Shown here: one piece after another, positions 26,791 through 40,480 of the stretch | Layout: every line of letters starts with the position of its first letter | Position numbering within the stretch: position 1 is the stretch's first letter | Assembly: GCF_036321535.1 (NCBI RefSeq) | Contig: NC_087437.1 | Span: 114,144,001 to 114,208,000, forward strand | Direction: 5' to 3' | DNA from: Camelus dromedarius | Taxonomy: Eukaryota | DNA: 64,000 bases | Notes under the pieces: generated by a model | Seen by the model: the letters and a program-made list of their open reading frames with translations, nothing else | What the model was told of the DNA's origin: nothing | Database searches by the model: none | Position numbers and translations under genes: made by a program

Positions 26791-29700
26791 AGAGTGGAAA
26801 TGCTTAATGATCCCAGTCTTAAACTGCATTTCAGTAATAGTACATATAGATAATGTTAATAAACACACACATATATAATATTATGTATAATATTAATGAG
26901 CACGTTTGGAAGAAACTTTCTTCATAAGCACTCTGCACGAAGCCTGAACAAAAGGCTGATAGGGAGATGGTGAAATTCCATAAATCAAATAAGCATCAAA
27001 TAAAATCTGTCCAACACTTCATAACGTTATGTACGTGTCATCAAAGTCAAGGAGAATCCTGCTGTGTCACCTCAGAATGATAAAGCGATCTAAGGTGTGA
27101 AAGCATGCTGTTAGAAGTTTCATTAAAGCTTTATTTACCAGTTCAGAACGAATTTACATTGATCTTTTAAACTATTGCTAACCACAAGTGCATTAAACCT
27201 AAACAGTCTTCATTTACTGAGAAATAAATGTGTCAGCAGAACCGTGACTTTTGTCCAATGTTGTTCCGGCATTTAATTCACAAAGGCTCAGTGTTAAGCT
27301 TTTTATTGCTTGTTGTGCTAAAGCATGTTCGTTTAATTGCAAATATATTTCCTTCCTGCGTCATTATCAAAATTGTTATCTTAAGGAAATATTGTTTTTA
27401 AATAATCTGCTGGAAAACCAGAGCAGTACCTGGGCTTATTCAGAATAATTGTTTCCTGCTACAGATGAGTTAGCAATTAGTGGTAACATTGCTTAAACAA
27501 TTTTAAAAGGAGGTAAGGATAAAAGGAATCAGACTGTGCTGATCCAAGTTATGAGAAGCTTCTGGAGTTTTTGTGGAGTCAACACGCGCTCGTGGCTGAT
27601 TTAATCAATACCTCAATGTTTACATTTTTAAAAGAACTTAGTTAATGGTCCCAGGGCCTAATCTAATACATAAATAATTACAATGTGGTTTGTAATTTTG
27701 TGAGTCATAAATTAATTCGAGTGACCTTAGTCTTTCTATCCTTGAAATGGAGACAAAAGTTCTGGGTTTGACCTTGACTTTGACCTTTTCCTATATTGAT
27801 TTGGAGAAAGGACTTGCATTGAAGTTTTAAATTAAAGGATGCCAGGAACACTATTATGGGCACATCAATACTAAAGAAAGAAAAATAGAGACATTATACC
27901 AAAATAAGAAAAGAAAAGGCATTATGTGACTCCAGACGCTCTAAGATTTGCATGACTACTTTCTTAATTAAATACAGCAGGTATGGTGTGTCCATTTCAG
28001 CAGGTGGAAATTTATTGACAACATTCCCGATTCGTCATTAGTTAAACTCACACTAAATAGGCTGCATCATATTGTCCATTAAATGAGAATTACAAAAAAA
28101 AATGCTCTCTAGAAAATGAATCCTTCAGTTCAATAGTGTTTAAATTCAAGAAAAAGAGCAGTTGTTTACTGAGAAGATGATTTATGAAAAAATCTTTATG
28201 GAGTGTTCATTATTTCTGGGATAGTTATATTTCTAAAAATGGAGACAGACATAATTTCTAGAAATTAAACCACTACCAAACCAAGCTTGCAATGGGAAGC
28301 AGCCAGAATAACTCAAATTTGCAGTTTAAAAAATCGCCAGTAATTGACTGGTGGTTACTGCTGTATTTCAGAAGAAGTGGAAGCCCTCCGTGTACCTGTT
28401 ACAACATGGAGTCATCCAGTTTATTTCAGAGGAAAACAGTAAGAAAATGAATGGCAGGGCCGAACCAGAGATGGGTGGATCTCCACAGCAGACCAATGAG
28501 CAATTAGCCATGTCCTGCATGGCCAAGCCTGGGATGACACAGACAACATCAATGATAAGAGCCTAAGAGACACAAACAGTCACAGCCTACCTTGATTCAG
28601 CCTGTCCTCTGCCCACCATGGAATATCGGGGGCATGAGCAAGGGACAGCCATTCCATAGGTACACGTGGTACCGGCCCCAAACTTCAATAATCCATCTAC
28701 AACCCGGACTGCCCAGCAGCCTGGAGATCAACAGACTTGGCTGGGTATTTTCTGGGTTTCTCCTGCGGAGCTGGCAGAGCCAAGGGCTCCAGCAGTGTGA
28801 TGGAAATGGGCAGCGGCTATTAAGTCGTTAGAAAATGGATAATATGGGAAAGAGATTTCCATTTTCTGAAGTCAGCTGAGCCTCTGAAACCTGGCTTCCA
28901 AAGAACAAAGGTGTTACCTTGACACGATGTGGATGGCCATCCTTCCATATCTCTGCCCGCACACATCTTTCAACGTGTTCTTCCCTCGCCGCAACCTTCC
29001 CTCCACTGTCACCCTCCTCCTCTTCCAGGTCTCACATGGTTATAAATATTGCAGTTCTTGAGCACTTGTGTGCCCTTCCACCAGCCTCAGAACTCCTCTC
29101 TCTGCTTGCTCACCTCCAGACACCTCCCACCACTTTGTTTTTGACCGAACACTACCTGTGGTTTTCTCGTAGTTTCCACCATCCATTTAGGTACTCCAAA
29201 GGGCTGGATTATTGTCTTAAATGCCTTCTTGAAATCAAGACCCAATTCCTTTCTGAGGTCAAAGATCAGCTTTCCTCTTGCCCACAGTGCCCTGCTACTC
29301 GGCAATCTTCTGTCATCCGTAAAAGCATACTGCGTGCACTAAAGCGTACCGCAAGGTAAAAACCCTTCGCTGCTCCCAAGCCAAAGAAATGCTCAGGGAG
29401 GATTTACCTTCTCCTCTTCTAGTCTTACCTTAGCCTCCACAGGATGCCAGGTATATGCACTTCTTAAGGTTTCACTTTTCATTCTTTGAAAATCCAGACC
29501 AGCAACCTCAGTATCACGAGCTACTTAATTCTCCCTTAAGAAAATGTATGTTCAACAAAAACTTAGGGCCTTCTGAGGAGAAGCATGTGAGTACTTTCAA
29601 AGGTTTAATTAGAAAATCTGAGATCAAGATGGCAGAATAGAAGGATGTGGGTGTTCATCTCCTCCCACAATTACATAAAAAATAGATTTATATACAATCT

Positions 29701-31142
29701 CACAGAATATCTACTGAACTCTGGCAGAAGACCTCATACAATCAAATCTATAAGAAGGATCACCATGTAACTGGGTAGGACCAAAAAAAAAAAAAAAAAT
29801 CATATGGGACCTGCGCCCCTAGGAGGGAGCAGTGAAAGAGGAAAAGTTCCCTCACCCTGGGAAGTCCCTTCACCAGTGGTGAGATCAGCCAGGACAGATA
29901 GGGAGCTTCATAAGCTTAGAGGAAAGTGCAGTGGCCAGTTTGCAGCAGGCAGAACAGAGCGAGACCAGCACAGAGGATCCATGTCACCTTTTGGCACTCC
30001 CCAGCTTGAGATGCTTATCTGCCGGTAAGCAGCAGCTGGGTGCTGAAACTCAGGCTTCAGAAGACAGACCGAGGGAGATGACTGGAGTTGGCTGAGCAGA
30101 GACAGCCTGAAGGGGCTGGAGCAACTGGGAGTGTGTGCAACAGAGCCCCAGCTCCGAATAAAAAGCCCCATTTCTAAGGTGTGCACATGAAGGGAGGAGC
30201 AGGACTCCATCACAGCAGCCTCCTTCTCAGTGTGCTCACAGCCAGCCTGGCTCCGTGACCATGAGCTTTGGGACTGTGCAAATGCTGGCAGGTTGCCCCC
30301 ATGTGGATTCTGAGCCCATTCCCAGGAGCCACACGACTTCCAAGGCAAGGCTGAAATCTGAGCCACGTCTCAGGCAGTTTGGGTGGGTTTACACTTCAGG
30401 TGCTTTTGTAAGCTCAGCACATGCAGGGCATCCAAGATTACTGATGTGTAGCCAGGGTGGGTCCAACGTTAGCAGCTGCAGGCTTTGTGGGTAGTGCACG
30501 GGGAGGCAGGGCTGGGATCTGGGCTGACTCCATAGCTCCCATGGCGGGTCCAGGTTCACAACTTCTTGCAGCTATGGTGAGTCCTGGAGCCTGACTTCAG
30601 TGGATATGCCCTAGTGACTCTGTGAGCACAGCACCTGAGGGACACCTGGGAAGACTGCCTGAACTCCCAAGGCTGAGGCAGGGCTGAGGGCAGTGGCAAC
30701 AACAGTGTACTTTGTGAGCCCTCACAATGGGTGACAGGTAACACCACACAGTGCCCTTCCCGGTGGACAGCTCCTGCAGAGAAATACTCAGTAGCTCCTC
30801 TCCCTGTCCGACCTACCTCACACTGAAGCTCAGAAATAGATCTGGTGGAGCAGACCCAGCTCCGGCAAGGCTGTGACAGCCACAGAACAAAGAGGAGTCT
30901 CCACTCAACATCCAGCACAGACCCTGCTCACCACTGCACCAGTCACACCACCTATCAACAGAATAATAGCCAGGGTATATGGAGGAAAGACGTAGCAGTC
31001 ATCCATATTAAAAGCAGCCCTTGCAACAAAAATACTAGACCCACACAGGATACACAGGGACTATCCCACGTAAAAACAACCCTTCAAGACCATAGTAGAT
31101 AACCTACTCCTAAATTCACAGAGTCAGAGAAATATAAGTAAA

Positions 31143-32005
31143 GTGAAGAAGCAGAGGAATCATTCCCAATTGGAGAACAAGAGAAATCCCGTAAAAGAAT
31201 AAATAATGAAACAGACCTCTTCAATCTAAGAGATCCCAAACTCAAAAAGGACACAAATTACTGAAAGAATTAGGAAAGGCTATTGATAGAAATGCAGATC
31301 ACTGTAACAAGGAACTAGAAACTATAAAGAGGAGCCAATTAAAATTATAAAACTCATTTTCCAAACAAAAGCTGAGCTAAAGACAATAAATAGCAAATTA
31401 AGTAATACAGAAGAATAAAAAGGTGATCTGGAAGATGATAGAATAATGGAAATCACCCAATCAGACAGAAAGACAGAAAGACAAATATAAACAAAATGAA
31501 AGCAATATAAGAGACCAATGGGATAATATAAAGCATGCCAATCTACACATAATAGAGGGTTCCAGAAGGAAAAGAAAGAGAAGGGGGGATCAAAAACATA
31601 TTTGAAGAAATTATGGCTGAAAACTTCCAAAACCTAAAGAAAGTACAGAGGTTCCCAAACAAAATGAATCCAATCAGACCCACACCAAGACATTATAATT
31701 AAAATAGCAAAAGTCAAAGATAAAGAGAGGATTCTAAAGGCAACAAGAGAGAAACAAAGAGTTAGTTACAAGGGAACCCTCATAAGGCTATCAGCTGATT
31801 TCTCTGTAGAAATGTTGCAGGCCAGAAGGGAGTGGCATGATATATTTGAAGCTCTGAAAAGAAAACCCTACAACCTAGTATACTTTACCCAGGAAGATTA
31901 TCATTTAGAATAGGAGAGAGAATTTCTTAGACAAGCAAAAACAAAAAGAATACATCAATACTAAACCTATCCTAAAAGAAATATTGAAAGATCTTCCATA
32001 AATAG
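31143..32005 (+). pseudogene. L1 ORF1p remnant
   Basis: GAAGAAATTATGGCTGAAAACTTCC, AGACCCACACCAAGACAT and CCCTCATAAGGCTATCAGCTGATTTCTC (RLSADFS) are typical ORF1 motifs. Start codon apparently mutated; multiple stops. Confidence 0.85.
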
Positions 32006-32185
32006 AAAAGAAGCAGGAATCTATAGAAAAGAGAAAATCACAGTTGGAAATGTGATGATAACTACAATGAACAGCAAAGGAATAAACATTAAGATGTAAA
32101 GAAAGGGCATCAAAATTATAAAGTGTGGAGGAAATTAGTAAGAAAATGTAGATTTTTTTTCTTTTTTTAAGAATTTTTTTTAAGA

Positions 32186-33031
32186 ATGCAAATCAAAACT
32201 AAAATGAGTTATCACCTCACACCAGTCAGAATGGCCATCATTCAAAAGTCCACAAATGACAAATGCTGGAGAAGCTATGGAGAAAAGGAACCCTCCTGCA
32301 CTTCTGGTGGGAATGCAGTTTGGTACAGCCACTGTGGAAAACAGTATGGAGATTCCTCAAAAGACTAGGAATAGACTTACCATATGACCCAGGAATCCCA
32401 TGCCTGGGCATACAACCAAAAGGAACCCTGCTTCAAAATGACACCTGCACCCCAATGTTCATAGCAGCATTATTTACAATAGCCAAGACATGGAAACAGC
32501 CTAAATGTCCATCAACAGATGACTGGATAAAGAAGATGTGGTATATTTATACAATGGAATACTACTCAGCCATAAAAACTGACAACATAACACCATTTGC
32601 AGCAACATGGATGCTCCTGGAGAATGTCATTCTAAGTGAAGTAGGCCAGAAAGAGAAAGAAAAATACCATATGAGGTCGCTCATATGTGGAATCTAAAAA
32701 CAAACAAACAAACAAACAAACAAACAAACAAAGCATAAATACAGAATAGAAATAGACTCATAGACATAGAATACAGACTTGTGGTTGCCAAGGGGGTGGG
32801 GGGTGGGAAGAGATAGACTGGGATTTCAAAATTGTAGAATAGATAAACAAGATTATACTGTATAGCACAAGGAAATATATACAAGATCTTATGGTGGCTC
32901 ACAGAGAAAGGAATGTGACAATGAATATATATATGTTCCTGTATAATTGAAAAATTGTGCTCTACACTGGAATTTGACACAACATTGTAAAATGATTATA
33001 AATCAATTAAAAAATGTTAAAAAAAAAAAAA
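32186..33031 (+). mobile_element. Young 5'-truncated L1 nested in the inter-ORF spacer of the host L1
   Basis: Open 144-codon ORF2 C-terminus (32263-32697, ...SLICGI*), (CAAA)n, 3' UTR and poly(A). Flanked by AAGAATG at 32182-32188 and 33032-33038. Confidence 0.93.
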
Positions 33032-34636
33032 AAGAATGTTTCTGCACTTATATGACTACCAGTCTAAAGTAAGTAGAAATAGTAATGAGTTAACATACTT
33101 GAAAACCAAGGCAACCACAAATCAAAAACATACAGTATATTCACAAAAACCAAAAAGAAGAGAACTCAAGCATAATATAAAAGAAAACCATCAAACCACA
33201 AAAGGAAAAGCAAAAAAAAAGAACAAAAAAGAAATACAAAATCAACTGAAAAACAAGGTTTAAAATGGCAATAAACACATATCGATCAATGATTACTTTA
33301 AATGTCAAGGGACTAAATGCGCCAATCAAAAGTCATAGAGTGGCAGATTGGAAAATAAAACAAGAGCCTACAATATGCTGCCTACAAGAGACTCACTTTA
33401 GTTCAAAAGACACAAATAGATTGAAAGTGAGGAAATGGAAAAAGACACTTCATGCAAATGGACATAGCAAGAAAGCAGGGGTAGCAATGCTCATATAAGA
33501 CAAAATAGACTTTAAAACAAAGATCATAAAGAAAAATAAAGAAGGATGCTATATAATGATAAAAGGATCAATACAAGAAGAGGATATTACACTCATTAAC
33601 ATATGTGTATCCAATCTAGGAGCACCTAAATACGTAAAACAAATACTAGCAGACATAAAGGGAGAAATTGATGAAAACACAATAATAGTAGGAGATTTTA
33701 ATACCCCACTCACATCAGTGGACAGATCTTCCACACAGAAAATCAAAAAGGCAACAGAGATCCTATATGACACAATAGGACAGTTAAACTGAATTGATAT
33801 TTTCAAGGTATTACATTAAAAAAAACAGAGCATACATTCTTTACAAGTGCACATGGAACTTTCTCTAGGATAAACCACATATTCAGGCACAAAACAAGCC
33901 TCAACAAATTTAGGAAGATGCAAGTTATTTCAAGCATCTTTTCTAACCACAACAGCATGAAACTAGAAATCAACCACAGAAAGAAAAATGAGAAAAAAAT
34001 GATTCCATAGAGAGTAAACAGCATGCTATTAAAAAACCAATGGGTCAATGATGAAATTAAAGAGGAATTTTTTAAAAACCTTGAGACAAAGGACAATAAA
34101 AACACAACCACACAATATCTATGGGATGCAGCAAAAGTAGTCCTACGAGAGAAGTTCATAGAGATGTAGGCCTTCCTTGAAAAATAAGAATTATCTCAAA
34201 TAAACAACCTAACTTACCACCTAAAAGAATTAGAGAAAGAACAAAGAAAACCTAAAGTCAGCAGAAGGAAAGAAATCATAAAGATCAGAGAGGGAATAAA
34301 TAAAATAGAGATTTAAAAATGAAACAATAGAAAAACTCAATAAAACCAAGAGCTAGTTTTTTGAAAGAGTAAACAAAATTGACAAACCTCTGGCCAGGCT
34401 CGTCAAGAAAAGAGAGCAATCAAAACAAACAAAATAAGAACTGAAAGAGGAGAAATAACAACTGATATCTCAGCTATACAAAAAACTGTAAGAGAACACT
34501 ATGAACAATTATTGCCCACAAATTGGACAACCTAGAAGAAACAGACAAGTTTCTAGAAACATACAGTACACAAAAACTGAGTCAAGAAGAAATGGATCAT
34601 TTGAACAGACCAATCGCTAGAAGTGAAACAGAATCT

Positions 34637-34663
34637 GTAGTAGTAGTAGTAGTAGTAGTAGTA

Positions 34664-34717
<54 letters not shown>
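34637..34717 (+). repeat. Compound microsatellite (GTA)10(ATA)17
   Basis: Read directly; translates as V10 I17 in the ORF track. Confidence 0.97.
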
Positions 34718-34720
<3 letters not shown>

Positions 34721-34952
34721 TCCCTGCAAATTAAAGTCCAGGATCAGATGGCTTTACTGGGGAATTATACCAAACATACAAAGAAGCATTTATACCAGTC
34801 CTTCTCAAACTCTTCCAAAAGATTGAAGAGAAGGGAATACTCCCAAAGTCATTCAATGAAGCCAACATCACCCTCATACCAAAACCAGACAAAGACATTA
34901 CCAAAAAAGAAAACTATAGTTCAATATTTTTCACGAATGTAGCTGCAAAAAT

Positions 34953-35325
34953 TCTTTCTTTATACATTTTTATTGAAGTATAGTCAGTTTACAGTGTGTC
35001 AGTTTCTGGTGTACAGCACAATACTTCAGTCATATGGGAACATACATATATTCATTTTCATATTCTTTTTCACCATAGGTTACAAGATATTGAATATAGT
35101 TCCCTGTGCTATACAGTATAATCTTGTTGTTTATCTGTTTTATGTATATTAGTTAATATCTGCAAATCTCAAACTCCTAATTTATCCCTTCCCACCCCCT
35201 TCCTCCCCTGGTAAGCATAAGTTTGTTTTCTATGACTGTGAGTCTGTTTCTGTTTTGTAAATAAGTTTGTTTGTCTTTTTTCTTTTTAGATTCCACATAT
35301 AAATGATGTCATATGGTATTTTTTG
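34953..35325 (-). mobile_element. Antisense L1 3' UTR fragment nested in the host ORF2
   Basis: TTTTATTGAAGTATAGTCAGTTTACA...ATATAGTTCCCTGTGCTATACAGTA...TTTTAGATTCCACATAT. Host ORF2 resumes at about 35326. Confidence 0.92.
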
Positions 35326-35944
35326 ATGTTAATAAACTGAATCCAGCAACACATAAAAAAGATCATACACCATGATCAAGTGGGATTCATCCCAAGGTCA
35401 CAAGGATGGTTCAACATACACAAATCAATCAGTGTAATATACCATATCAACAAGAGAAAGGACAAAAACCACATGATCATCTCAATAGATGCAGAAAAAG
35501 CATTTGATAAAATTCAACACGCATGATAAAAAACTCTTAGCAAAGTGGGCATAGGATGAACATAGCTCAACGTAACAAAAACTATTTATGACAAACCCAC
35601 AGCCAACATAATACTCAACGGTGAATAGTTGAAAGCCTTCTTGCTAAAATCTGGAACAAGACAAGGATGCCCTCTCTTAACACTTCTATTCAACATAGTA
35701 TTGGAAGTCCAAACCATAGCAATCAGACAAGAAAAAGAAATAAAAGGGATCCAAATTGGAAAAGAAGAGGTAAAATTGCCACTGTATGTGGCTGGCATGA
35801 TACTACATATAGAAAACCATAAAGACTCCACACAAAAACCACTAGAACTGATAAACTCAGCAAGGTAGTAGTACACAGGGTTAACATATAAAAATCTGTT
35901 GTATTTTTCTACACTAACAATGAAATATCAGAAAAGGAAAGCAA

Positions 35945-35965
35945 AATAATAATAATAATAATAAT

Positions 35966-35995
<30 letters not shown>
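35945..35995 (+). repeat. Compound microsatellite (AAT)7(AAC)10
   Basis: Read directly. Confidence 0.95.
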
Positions 35996-35998
<3 letters not shown>

Positions 35999-38900
35999 CC
36001 CTTTTAAAATCACATAAGAAAATATTTAGGAGTAAACCTGACTGAGGAGGTGAGAGACTTACACACAGAGAACTGTAAAACATTGATAAAGGAAACTGAG
36101 GATGATTTAAAGAAATGGAGTGATATCTCACACTCTTGGAATGAAATAATTAATATTGTTAAAATGGCCACACTACCCAAAGATTTAATGGGATCCCTAT
36201 CAAATTACCCAGGATATTTTTTACAGAACTAGAACAAATAATTCTAAAATTTATATGGAATCACAGAAGACCCAGAGTCGCAAAAGCAATACTGAGGAAA
36301 AAGAACAAAGCTGGAGGCATCATCCTCCCAGACTTTAGACAATACTACAAAGATACAGTAATCAAAACAGCATGATATTGGCACAAAAAACAGACCTGTG
36401 GATCAATGGAACAGAATAGAGAGGCCGGAAATAAACTCACACACCTACAACCAATTAATCTTCGACAAAGGAGACAAGAATATATAACGGAGACAAGATA
36501 ATCTCTTAGGCAATTAGTGTCAGGAAAGCTGGGCAGCCACATGTAAATCAATGAAGTTAAAACACTCCCTCATGCCATACATAAAAATAAACTCAGAATG
36601 GCTTAAAGACTTACACATAAGCCAGGACACCACGAATCTCCTAGAAGAGTACACAGGCAAAACATTCTCAGGTATAAATCATAGCAATGTCCCAAGGTCA
36701 GCATCCGAAGGCAATAGAAATAAAAGTAAACATAAACAAATGGTACCTAATCAAACTTATAAGCTTTTGCACAGCAAAGTAAACCATAAACAAAAAGAAA
36801 AGACAACCTACAGACTGTGAGAAAATATCTGCAAAAATGCAACTGACACGGGCTTAATTTCTAAAATACACAAACAGCTGAACAACTCAATAACAACAAC
36901 AAAACAAACAAACAGACAATCCAGTCAAAATTGGGCAGAAGATCTAGATAGCCGTTTCTCTGCAGAAGACATACAGATGGCCAATATGCACATGAAAAAC
37001 TGCTCAATGTCACTAACTATCAGAGGAACTCAAAAAAAAAAAAACAAAACCTGACTACAATCAATGAGGTATCACCTCACACCAGTCAGAATGGCCATCA
37101 TTAAAAAGTCCACAAACAATAAATGCTGTGGAGAGTGTGGAGAAAAGGGAACCCTCCTACATTGTTGGTGGGAATGTAATCTGATGCAGCCTCTATGAAA
37201 ACCAGTACAGGGATTCCTTAAAAAACTAAGAATAGACTTACCATAAGATCCAGCAATCCCACTCCTGGGCAGACATCTGGAGAAAAGTCTAATTTGAAAA
37301 GATACATGCACCCCAACGTTCATAGCAGCACTATTTACAATAGCCAAGACTTGGAAGCAACCTCAATGTCCATTGATAGAAGGCTGGATAAAGATGTGAT
37401 ATATTTATACAATGGAATACTACTCAGCCATAAAAAGAATAAAATAATGTCACTTGCAATGTCATTGATGAACCTAGAAATTATCATACTAAGTGAAGTA
37501 AGTCAGAAAGAGAAAGACAAAAATCATATGATACCACTTATATCTGGAATCTAAAAATTGATACAAATGAATTGATTTACAAATCAGAAACAGATTCGTA
37601 AACAAAGAAAATAAATTTAAAGTTACCAGGAGGGGAAAAGGGGGTGGAAGGATAAAGTGGGAGCTAAGAATTTGCAGATGCTAACTACTATACATAACAC
37701 AGATAAACAATTTCCTACTACATAGCACAGGGAACTATATTCAATATCCTGTAATAATCTATAATAAGAAAGAATATATATATATGTATAAATGTACACC
37801 AGAAACTAACACAACATTGTAAATCAATAAAAAAATAAATTAAAAAAAGAAAACCTGAGACACAGTATAGATTCTTTTTAGAAAAGACAATATTGATGTT
37901 TACATTCGAATTCCTGCCTAGATATGGACACTCATATCCCAAACTGGTAACTGGCAGAGCAAATCAGAGTGGCAAATACATTTAGCCTACCCAGGCTAGT
38001 TTGTCTTCTAAGCTGATTTGGTTGTCAATACATAAAAATCCGATGACCTGACAACAGGGACCACATTTTCATGTCGGGACTGAGCAGTCATTACACTCTT
38101 CAGTTTCAACATATGTTTTCCAGGATTTGAGGAGCTCAGCTCACATCTCTCAAACACGTAACCTGTGCCTCAAGGAGATTTGAGGCATTCACCTTTGATC
38201 AATATACTTTTTAAAAATCAAGAAAATTTTGATAAATAAAAAATCACTAATTTTTAGTCATAATGCTTTAGTATTTTTTCAATATGCTTTTGTGAATCCT
38301 TTTAGTATTCCCATTCCAACCACATCCCAATCCAGTGACTATACCTGTTTACTTTTTTTTTTATTGATGAAGCAGGGTTGGTCTCTTTGCACACCTGGCC
38401 TCGGAGAGAAACCATAAGCATCCATCAAGGGCGTTAAATGTCAACCTCACTCTTGCTTTATGAGTTATGAGCCATCAGCTCGCAAACCAACCCAACTGTT
38501 GATCCATAAACAGTGTCCTCATCCTGAAGATTATGAAGTGAGGTTAAGCACAATAAACCACCGGGAGCCTCACCTTCAAATATTTACAAGTCTGTAATAT
38601 ATGTATGTGTTTTATGTCTTGGTCAATATGTCTAATTGGTGGGAGTCTATTTTTATGAGTTCAAGATGCTTCCACTCATGGGGTTTTTATTCACATCTAG
38701 AATATAGGCATATATATTTCCAGGTATGACCTTATCTAGCTTCTTCAGATGTTAGTACTACAATTTCAAGAATACTCCAGCAATAGGGTGGAAGAGATTC
38801 TTCTAGAATGCAACCAAAAGAAAATTAATAACAATAATAATACCAAGAGGATACATTGTAACAACCTCATTTGGGGAGCTTATATAAAGAATAAGCCATT

Positions 38901-40237
38901 CATTAATGAGTATAAACCATATTTATACATTCAATCATTCCAATATTCAACACATTGTTCTATTTTTTCTTTCATTATTGTATTTCTATTTGATGCCCCT
39001 TTACCGTTCAGCAGGTTTCATTGGGAAGGCATGCCCTTTGATAAAACAAGGTCAATAATATTGTCATTTTCAGCTGTGCTATCATTTTCACAGATCCAAG
39101 TTGAAATGAAATCAATTATGAGAACAAATAGCACTGTTTTATTACTAATGAATGAATTTAGCATTGTTTCCCATATTCCCACCACTTAAAATGGAAGAAA
39201 TAGAGCAAATGTGGTTCAGAGAAAGCCCAAATAGTCCATGCTAATGGTGGAAATACTTAAGTATCATCTGTATACAGCTAATATAAACCAAAGTGGTTTA
39301 TTACCACTGTTTTGTGATTTATGACTCACATTATGGCTTTATTTTGAAATGGTTGCATGAAATATTAATGTGTGGTGAAAGAACACACAACCAGGAGCAG
39401 GGATCACGTTTTATCAGATGTAAGGCTGCTCCATGGTAATTTATTCCTCATAATACACTGAACCCAAGTCCTAGAATCGTATTTGCTCTCTTATTGTAAT
39501 CAGCCCCTCATATTCAAACTTTTCAAGGTAGCCCTACTTTTGTTCCTTGATTATAGGTTGTGTACTGTTAATTTTTAAAGGGATGGAGTAGTTTATAACA
39601 AATGTGAATAATTTATAGCAAATGTTCTCAGCATTGATTAGTATTCTTTTGAAATAGAATGTCTTCTTGATATGCGTCATTTCTTTAATGCCTTATGAAA
39701 AGTCAGAAGACCTGTTACTGCACTGCTTAATGGACAAATCAACTTTAATTTTAGTCATATAGAATATGAAAGATAAGTACCTACGTTTTCCCTGTTTGGG
39801 ATTTGCCAGGCATTAACACTGAACATTAGCTCAAAGCAATCTAAAGAGAAGTTAACAATAGGACAGCATTTCTCTCCCTTGGAATTCACATTTGATCTGG
39901 TTTCTCCAAACCTGGAGTTGATGGTTTCTGATATCTTTCATTATTCTGCAGTTGAGGTCATTCCACACCTCACTTTGCAAAGCTCCAACCTGGGGACTTA
40001 AGAAAGAGATTTCACAACAACTTTACTGCACAGTAAATTGATTTATGCAGAGTTTCTTATTTCATTGTAATTTGATCAACTGTATCCGATGCATGAAAAA
40101 CAGTATCATTTTGAATCATCATGAAAGTTGATATGGTTTGATTTTTATTGTATTGAATTCATCAACTATGATTTTATCCTGCTGTTATATCATATATATT
40201 TAAATGTCAATTGAGATAAAGAAAATAACATAAAATA

Positions 40238-40480
40238 AGAATAGCTAACACTACTCTTTCTACGCTTAGAATGTACACTGTCCAAGAGCTTTACATATAT
40301 TAACTGACTATAGTTTCTCTACAACCTATAAAATAAGTACATTGTAAGGCGTATAATACAAAGAGGAAACTGAGGCACAGAATCAGTAAGTAACTTGCTC
40401 TAGTGACACTGCCAGTAGCAGAATTCAAATTAAGAACTTAGATGGTTCAGTTTCAGAATCTATGCTCTTACCACTACACT
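40238..40480 (-). mobile_element. MIR SINE, near full length
   Basis: AATAGCTAACA...GCTTTACATATATTAACT...GAGGAAACTGAGGCACAGA...AAGTAACTTGC...TGCTCTTACCACTACACT. Confidence 0.85.

Larger units (their letters stand above)
33265..37554 (+). pseudogene. L1 ORF2p remnant (endonuclease, RT, C-terminal domain), fragmented
   Basis: MAINTYRSMITLNVKGLNAPIK..., IIVGDFNTPLT and GTRQGCPL motifs. The catalytic (F/Y)ADD has decayed to YVAG. Many frameshifts. Confidence 0.93.
29624..37847 (+). mobile_element. Full-length, inactivated LINE-1 (5' UTR, ORF1, spacer, ORF2, 3' UTR, A-tail) with nested insertions
   Basis: Starts TCAAGATGGCAGAATAG (YY1-type L1 start). TSD AGAAAA(T/C)CTGAGA at 29611-29623 and 37848-37860, at a TT/AGAA endonuclease site. 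ORF1 and ORF2 remnants are in the correct order. Confidence 0.95.

Noticed and set aside
32263..32697. Intact-looking 144-aa ORF as a functional or domesticated gene
   Set aside because: It is the ORF2 C-terminus of a young 5'-truncated L1, with no promoter and no EN or RT domains.
34523..34942. ORF with a poly-Val/poly-Ile 'transmembrane' tract
   Set aside because: Artefact of the (GTA)n(ATA)n microsatellite within a dead ORF2.
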